From Eubacteriales bacterium (GTDB lineage: Bacteria > Bacillota > Clostridia > Oscillospirales > CAG-272), in NCBI GenBank assembly GCA_051867815.1, contig JBJDZD010000063.1, positions 1 through 51,854 of the forward strand: 51,854 bases of DNA, written 5' to 3'. The position numbers and the translations under genes are program-made. The notes under the pieces are model-generated. The model was not told the origin of the DNA. It saw nothing but the letters and a program-made list of their open reading frames with translations, and made no database searches. Shown in pieces: positions 46,224-51,854 of this stretch (its first letter is position 1; each line of letters begins with the position of its first letter).

Positions 46224-47999
46224 TCAGTTTATATCAAAGTCAACCATTACGGGGCAATGGTCGCTTGAAAGGCAGGAATAGTCGTGATACAGCACGCGGA
46301 ACATCTTAGGCGTGAGCTTGCCGTCGTTATAGACCAGAGCATGGTCGATCGCCTTACTGTAGGGATTGGTGGGAAGCACGGGGGTGAGATACAGCCCAAG
46401 CTCGCCGTTATACTCGGAATACGCATGGTGTGTGGAGATATCCATGGTATTGGGAGAGAGCTTTTGCAGATTTTTGAATCCGTTTCCGGTCAGAACACCG
46501 ATGGGGGCGGAATCTATGCGGCAGTTGAGGTCACCGCCGACTATAACCGGGCAGTCGTATTTATCAGTAATCTGCTTTGCAAGCTCCGAGACCTGTGCGG
46601 CATCCTTAAGTCTTGCCGACTGGCCAAGCTCGTCGCTCGTCCAATAAAAATGCGTTCCGCCGACGGCAAAAACGTCGCCCGTAGTCTTATCCTTGAACAC
46701 AGCCCAAGTGATCGACTTTGATTTATCCCCGGCTCCGTCGTCAAAGAGGTGATAGCCCTTGTCAATGACCTCAAGCCTATCCTCGCGGTAGATGAGGGGG
46801 GTATAGTTGTGCGCGTTGGAGTTGGTTGCTGTGACCTCCACACGCTTGTAGCCGTGCGCGAGCATGAAAATAAAGTAGGCGGAGGCGTGTTCGCTTGCCT
46901 CCTGCAGGCCGATAACGTCGGGAAGATATTCGTAATGAAGCTCTGCGTTCATTGCGTTTCTTGTGGCAACCGGATGCTCGGCACGGTGATTGCCGTAAAT
47001 ATTATTGAATATAACGCGGTATTCACCCTCTCTTGCGTCCATTTCGGAAAACTCCGAAACGTCCGCCGTACCGCTATGGGTAAAGCCCTCGGTGATCTCA
47101 ACCTTCTCACCGCGGAAAAGCTCCTTGGTCAGGTACTCGTACGCCGCGCGATAGCCCTCCATGCATTCAGCGGAAACGATAAGCTTCGTTCCCTCCGCGC
47201 GAACGGTATAGCCGTGGCGTGTCTGTACGGTGTCTGAGCCGCCGAACACTATCTCGCGTCCTCCCTCAGTGGATTTGGAGGTGATGGGAAGCACGTAGCC
47301 GGCATCTCTTTGGATGATGTTGGCAAACAAGCGTGCATGACGCTCGGCGGAGTAAACGTCGTCCTTTTGGTAAACCACGTTGTATTCGGTTATGTCGCTG
47401 CCCAAGACGGTACAGGTGCCGATTGAATATTTGCCGTAGGTATAGGAAAATTTGTCATCCTCGGTAAGAACGATATTGGCCTTACCCCCGGCGTCCTTGC
47501 CCTGTTTTATCAGCACGAAGGTTATGAACCGTTCGCAGGCCTTGTCTATCGCGTCGGCTGTGGTGCCTGCCAGAATGATCTTGTCTCCCTCGAAGGTGAC
47601 GGCGTAGTCGCGCGATCTCATGCCCTTGTGCGCATTGACCGACTCCTCGCGGTTGGTCGCGCCCAGCAGTATCTCGTACTGATGCTCAACTCCCAAGTCA
47701 CCCATGGGATTATCCATAAGAGTGTCGCCGAGCACCTTGGGGGTTGCGCCCGTATATTTGCCTATCTGCTTTGAGAGCTTTATGGCGGTATCCTTGACGG
47801 CAATGTCGCAATCACCCGAATAGACGATATAAAAGGGCGAGGTGCCGTTTTCGCTCAGCGTAAGCGTTGCGGGTTCAGGCGCTTGCGTTTCCTCGGGCAC
47901 GGAGGTTTCGGTCGCTTCCGACGTACCGCCCATACAGGACGACAGCAAAAGCAAAAGCGCAACACTCATAATAATAAAATGAAGCTTTTTCATGATCAT
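46224..47999 (-). CDS. Lipoprotein with C-terminal endonuclease/exonuclease/phosphatase (EEP) domain
   Basis: Lipobox LSSC; N-terminal EILLGATNREES module (GH20 domain-2-like); PDVIGLQE, GTHF, VGGDLN, IDH, SSDHCPV. Confidence 0.85.
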   Translation of the reverse strand: MIMKKLHFIIMSVALLLLLSSCMGGTSEATETSVPEETQAPEPATLTLSENGTSPFYIVYSGDCDIAVKDTAIKLSKQIGKYTGATPKVLGDTLMDNPMGDLGVEHQYEILLGATNREESVNAHKGMRSRDYAVTFEGDKIILAGTTADAIDKACERFITFVLIKQGKDAGGKANIVLTEDDKFSYTYGKYSIGTCTVLGSDITEYNVVYQKDDVYSAERHARLFANIIQRDAGYVLPITSKSTEGGREIVFGGSDTVQTRHGYTVRAEGTKLIVSAECMEGYRAAYEYLTKELFRGEKVEITEGFTHSGTADVSEFSEMDAREGEYRVIFNNIYGNHRAEHPVATRNAMNAELHYEYLPDVIGLQEASEHASAYFIFMLAHGYKRVEVTATNSNAHNYTPLIYREDRLEVIDKGYHLFDDGAGDKSKSITWAVFKDKTTGDVFAVGGTHFYWTSDELGQSARLKDAAQVSELAKQITDKYDCPVIVGGDLNCRIDSAPIGVLTGNGFKNLQKLSPNTMDISTHHAYSEYNGELGLYLTPVLPTNPYSKAIDHALVYNDGKLTPKMFRVLYHDYSCLSSDHCPVMVDFDIN

Positions 48000-48478
48000 T
48001 CTCCTATCGGATGGGATTTGATATATTCGTCGAGCAGCCTTGCCGCGAGCTTTACGGCATCAAGGCAGGGCCTTTTTTCGTAGTATTCGGGCGTGCGCTC
48101 GTCGGGCGTCGGGTCTGCACAGACCGCATTTTCGCCCATTCGCGCGGATAAAATATCGCGGCAGATTATGCTTCCCTGCCGTTCTCTGTACGCGGCGGCA
48201 AGCTCCTGCACTCTGCCGTAATGCTCCGCCTTCTCGCCCTTTTTTGGGGGAACGGCAAAGCCATAAAGCAGTCCCATTGCCATGGCGGCACCACAAAAAG
48301 CGCCGCAGACCTCTCGCAGTCTGCCAACACCGCCGCCCATTGAGGACGAAATGCGGGCGGCTGTTTCAAAATCCAGCCCGTGCAGGTCGCAAAACGCGCA
48401 AAACACCGCCTGCGCGCAAACTGCGCCCGACAAAAACAGCTCGGCGGCACGAGCTTCATGTACCGTCATCTCGCTCAT
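47996..48478 (-). CDS. C_GCAxxG_C_C family redox protein
   Basis: Start ATG 48478 (GGAGG RBS); CAQAV, GGGVGRLREVCGAFCG, GSIICRDIL, RPC. Confidence 0.88.
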   Translation of the reverse strand: MSEMTVHEARAAELFLSGAVCAQAVFCAFCDLHGLDFETAARISSSMGGGVGRLREVCGAFCGAAMAMGLLYGFAVPPKKGEKAEHYGRVQELAAAYRERQGSIICRDILSARMGENAVCADPTPDERTPEYYEKRPCLDAVKLAARLLDEYIKSHPIGE

Positions 48479-49365
48479 AACACACCTCCGTCGCAAACGT
48501 CGCGGCAGAGCTTGCCGAGACACGGCTCGAAAATAACGCCGTCTCGCTTAGGTTCGTCTGCGCCGTATTTCAGCGAATAATCAATGACCCCGGCGGTGTA
48601 CCCCGAGGCATACGCCGCGGCTTTGCACACAATCTCGCGGTCATGGAGACCGCCCGACTTCAAAACGACAGCCAGCATCACCGAGGCAAAGAGATCGCCC
48701 GTGCCGGGATAATCGCCCGTGCGAGCGCGCTCGATGTGCATGCGCCCGGCGCAATACGTTCCCACGCCGTCGAGGCAATGAATTCCCGTGATAATGCAAA
48801 CGGCATCCGTGAATTCCGAAAGCTTTTCCGAAATACGATCAACGCACCTCGTCGCTTCCTGTGCCGTCGCCCCGGAAAGCTCGGGGTACTCGCTGTCTGT
48901 CAGGAAGCATGCCTCCGTAAGGTTTGGCGTTATTATATCCGCCCTCGCGCAAAGCCCTCGCATTTTTCCCGAAAGCTCGGGCGTGCAAGCGGAATACAGC
49001 CTGCCGCCGTCACCCATGACGGGATCGACGAGAAGAAGCGTATCGCGACGCTTATGCAAATCGATGAATCCGGCAACGGTGTCCGCCTGCCGGGCACTGC
49101 CGAGATAGCCGGTGTAGATGGCGTCAAAACTCACGCCGACGGAGGCAAGATGCTCCCCAACGGCTTTTATGGACTGCTCAAGGTCGACCGTGTGGATGTT
49201 GTCAAATCCGCCCGTGTGGGTGGAAAGGAGCGCAGTCGGGACGGGGACGGCCTGCAAGCCGCAGGCACTGAGGGTGGGTATGATCACCGTCAGCGCGCAT
49301 CTGCCGTAGCAGGAAAGGTCGTGAATCGCCGCAACGCGCGGCACGGTTCGTTTTCTCATTTCCAT
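48475..49365 (-). CDS. pdxK: Pyridoxal/pyridoxamine kinase
   Basis: AAIHDLSCYGRCAL, LLSTHTGG, YTGYLGS, VDPVMGDGG, ITPNLTEA, YPGTGDLFAS. Start is 49365 or GTG 49380. Confidence 0.88.
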   Translation of the reverse strand: MEMRKRTVPRVAAIHDLSCYGRCALTVIIPTLSACGLQAVPVPTALLSTHTGGFDNIHTVDLEQSIKAVGEHLASVGVSFDAIYTGYLGSARQADTVAGFIDLHKRRDTLLLVDPVMGDGGRLYSACTPELSGKMRGLCARADIITPNLTEACFLTDSEYPELSGATAQEATRCVDRISEKLSEFTDAVCIITGIHCLDGVGTYCAGRMHIERARTGDYPGTGDLFASVMLAVVLKSGGLHDREIVCKAAAYASGYTAGVIDYSLKYGADEPKRDGVIFEPCLGKLCRDVCDGGVL

Positions 49366-49369
49366 TTTG

Positions 49370-51508
49370 TCACTCTTCACTTGTCAAACCGAAATATTTA
49401 TCGAACACCGCTCTCGCCGCCCAGGAGGCATTGTAGCCGTGCGCTCCGCGTTCAATAATGCAGGCAACCACGATTTCCGGATCGTCGAGTGGGGCAAAAG
49501 AAACGAAAACGGCATTGTTGCTGACGTTTGCGCTGGTTTGCGCGGTACCGGTCTTGCCGCCGGCACCTATCTCCGCCGGAAAATCTCCGAACGAGGCTTT
49601 GAGAACTCCGGAGGAGCTGAGCGCACCGTTCATGCCCTCTTTAATGGCATCCGACGTTGCCTCGTCGATAGAGACCTCCGCCAAGATCTGCGGCTCGGTG
49701 GTGTAAACGACCTCGCCGGAGAAGGTTCTCACTTCCTTGAGAAGATGCGCCGCATAGCGCGTTCCTCCGTTCACTATCATGGAAATGTAGTTGGATATTT
49801 GCAGGGGGGTATGCTCGGAGTATCCAACGCCTATTGATGTCTGAAGGGTATCGCCGGGCATCCACGTTCTGTCGCTTGCAGGGAGATTGAGCGTTTGCTT
49901 ATAGGCCTGATCGGCAAGTATTCCGGTGTTTTCGGCAAGCTCTATGCCCGTCTTTTGACCCATGCCGAATAGGGTGAAATACCTGTTGATGCGGTCAATG
50001 CCCATGATTCGTCCGAGTTCGAAATAGAACCAGTTGCAGGAAACGCTGATGGCTTTTGAGAGCGTGATGGGACCGTGGGACATGTGATAATCCGAATAAA
50101 GCCAGCATTCGGGCTGATAGTCGTCATAGAAGGTATAGATTCCTTGGGTGTTGATCTTCGTCGTGCTTGTAAAGAGATTACCGTCGACCATCAGCGGCTC
50201 CGCGAGCGCGGCAACGGACATGCCGATCTTCACCGTTGAACCGGGACGGTACTGACCCATCAGCGCGCGGTTAGTGTAAACACGGCGCGGATCGTTTACA
50301 AGCTCGGAGAAATCCTTGTTAAACGTTGCAAGATTGAAGGTAGGATGCGACCCCAGCGCAAGTATCTCACCGCCCTTCGCGGTTTGAACCACTATGGCAC
50401 CCGCGTCGCAATCTTCGCCGTCGAGGTCGCCCTCAAGCGATTCGGCGCGCTCGATGATGCGCTGAATATTATCCGCCAGCGCGTCCTCCGCCGCCATTTG
50501 AAGGAAAATATCTATGGTGAGATAGACGTCGTTGCCGGCAACCGGCTCCTTGGTTATCTCGCGGCTTACGATATTGCCGTCCTCGTCCTCCGTTATGGTC
50601 ATCTCGCCGTCCATGCCGCGAAGATAGTTTTCAAACGCAAGCTCGCAGCCGCTGATGCCGACCTTTGCCGTCAGCGGATAGCCGAGGGAGGTATAATACT
50701 CGGCGTCCTCCGCCAGGATCACGCTGATACGGCCGAGAATGTGCGAGGCATAGCCGGGATAGTGATAAAGCCGCGTGTATTCCACCTTGAGGTCTGCGCC
50801 GCGAATGCCGCGCTCGCGAACGGCGGTAATGATAGCAATATCGAGGTTTTCACCGAAAACATAAGGCTCCACGGCGGAGAAACGGATCGCCTCCATTTCA
50901 TAGCGAACGCGGATAAGCTCGCTCATCTGTGCCGGTGAATAAACGGCTTCTCCGTTCTTTATCATGCCGTAACGCTGTGCCACGGATCTTGCAAGCTCTG
51001 CCGCCGAAGCGTCCTCGGAAAGGCCGTGGTCGGCTATGATGCGCTCAAGACGCGCCTTGACGGTCGAGCTTTTCAGAACGTCGGCATCGAAAGTGATATT
51101 TGGGTATATTCCCTTGAAGGGGCATTGCTTTTCGGCACGGCAGTCACTTCCCTCAAGCAGGGAAAGAATAGCCAAGATATCATCGTTTTGTTCGGACACC
51201 GTCTTTGCCATGGCGGAATAGTCGTAGATGAGCTTATAGTTGTAATCGTTGCTGACGAGAATATTGCCGTTACGGTCGTAGATCTCGCCGCGCATTGCCT
51301 GAACGGCAACCTTACGCGTGGTATAGCCGTCATCGGTGCCGTGATCGCGCTCACCGAAAAGACTTTGTATTTTGAAAGCCGATGCAATATACACCACGCA
51401 CATTACGACAAAGAATGCACCGATGATGAGATATCTGTAATAAAAACTGCGGCGACCGTATTCGTTTTTGGGTTCGCTTTGCACTTCGTTGTGCTTTTGC
51501 TCGTTCAT
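49370..51508 (-). CDS. mrdA: Class B penicillin-binding protein 2 (MrdA-like)
   Basis: ATG 51508 with AAGGAGG RBS; TM; RGEIYDRNG, RLYHYPGYASHILG, GISGCE; active-site PGSTVK, SCN, KTGT; downstream of mreD. Confidence 0.9.
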   Translation of the reverse strand: MNEQKHNEVQSEPKNEYGRRSFYYRYLIIGAFFVVMCVVYIASAFKIQSLFGERDHGTDDGYTTRKVAVQAMRGEIYDRNGNILVSNDYNYKLIYDYSAMAKTVSEQNDDILAILSLLEGSDCRAEKQCPFKGIYPNITFDADVLKSSTVKARLERIIADHGLSEDASAAELARSVAQRYGMIKNGEAVYSPAQMSELIRVRYEMEAIRFSAVEPYVFGENLDIAIITAVRERGIRGADLKVEYTRLYHYPGYASHILGRISVILAEDAEYYTSLGYPLTAKVGISGCELAFENYLRGMDGEMTITEDEDGNIVSREITKEPVAGNDVYLTIDIFLQMAAEDALADNIQRIIERAESLEGDLDGEDCDAGAIVVQTAKGGEILALGSHPTFNLATFNKDFSELVNDPRRVYTNRALMGQYRPGSTVKIGMSVAALAEPLMVDGNLFTSTTKINTQGIYTFYDDYQPECWLYSDYHMSHGPITLSKAISVSCNWFYFELGRIMGIDRINRYFTLFGMGQKTGIELAENTGILADQAYKQTLNLPASDRTWMPGDTLQTSIGVGYSEHTPLQISNYISMIVNGGTRYAAHLLKEVRTFSGEVVYTTEPQILAEVSIDEATSDAIKEGMNGALSSSGVLKASFGDFPAEIGAGGKTGTAQTSANVSNNAVFVSFAPLDDPEIVVACIIERGAHGYNASWAARAVFDKYFGLTSEE

Positions 51509-51520
51509 CCGTGCCTCCTT

Positions 51521-51690
51521 TTGCAAAAGTAATTGGTTTTATTTAATCCGTTTTTCCGGTGGCTTTGCCGACCAAAAAACACCGCATGGGCGGGCAAAGC
51601 GAGTCCGCGCGCCGAGGGGAGCAGCCAAAATCAAGGGTTTTGGCACGGCGCTGATAAGCGCGCGTTCCCCGCCGCGCGGCTCTCAATTGT
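51521..51690. repeat. Dispersed structured intergenic element, copy 2 (long form)
   Basis: Homologous to 46095-46199. Multiple stems: GCTTTGCC/GGCAAAGC, GGGGA/TCCCC enclosing GCCAAAA/TTTTGGC and GCGCT/AGCGC. Confidence 0.85.
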
Positions 51691-51692
51691 TT

Positions 51693-51854
51693 TTATTCCA
51701 TTTCGATCTTTTTATGGAATGGGCGAACTATCATTCTGACTGCAAAAAACATCGGAATCGCGCATACCAGAGTGATAAAGAACTCCGGAATGACGACCTC
51801 GGTACATATCAGGTAAAGATTTACGTCCGTTTCAAGCAGCATCTCATGCACGAG
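51693..51854 (-). CDS. mreD: Rod shape-determining protein MreD, C-terminal fragment
   Basis: Manual translation LVHEMLLETDVNLYLICTEVVIPEFFITLVCAIPMFFAVRMIVRPFHKKIEME*: hydrophobic, with an IPE..T motif, directly upstream of PBP2. Absent from the ORF track. Confidence 0.6.
   Translation of the reverse strand, partial: LVHEMLLETDVNLYLICTEVVIPEFFITLVCAIPMFFAVRMIVRPFHKKIEME

Noticed and set aside
51533-51739. 68-aa ORF (and the 78-aa ORF at 46045-46281) as paralogous small proteins
   Set aside because: Similarity derives from the DNA repeat; no RBS, and both overlap real genes on the opposite strand.

Overview
Chromosomal window (about 55% GC by eye) from a spore-forming Clostridia-like Firmicute, inferred from tepA, a SipL/SPOCS-LysM coat gene, hprK, and sigA- and sporulation-type promoters. 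Most of it is ordinary: pgeF-ogg, a YtqB/MnmM-like methylase, a VanY-type peptidase, a DUF512-der-obg-ppa operon, pepD, cysteine desulfidase, MATE, two Gfo/Idh/MocA + TIM-barrel sugar clusters, tldD/E, an Ldh_2 dehydrogenase + malic enzyme pair, a CHAP hydrolase and mreD-mrdA-pdxK. The stand-out is a ~5 kb six-gene phage HEAD-ONLY module at 29032-34047: putative small terminase, large terminase, portal, scaffold, major capsid and head-completion protein. All six ORFs are intact and host-like in composition, sit between two hairpins next to hprK, and have no integrase, repressor, replication, tail or lysis gene nearby. It is a candidate domesticated DNA-packaging system (gene-transfer-agent-like). 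Second is a structured ~170-bp intergenic element present twice (51521-51690 and an internally deleted copy at 46095-46199). Also noted: an in-frame amber codon in a sugar epimerase, a degenerate NAGPA-like protein, a non-LPXTG GCG-TM-KKK C-terminal anchor and an AT-rich lipoprotein islet. Family calls come from recognising motifs by eye; no database searches were run.
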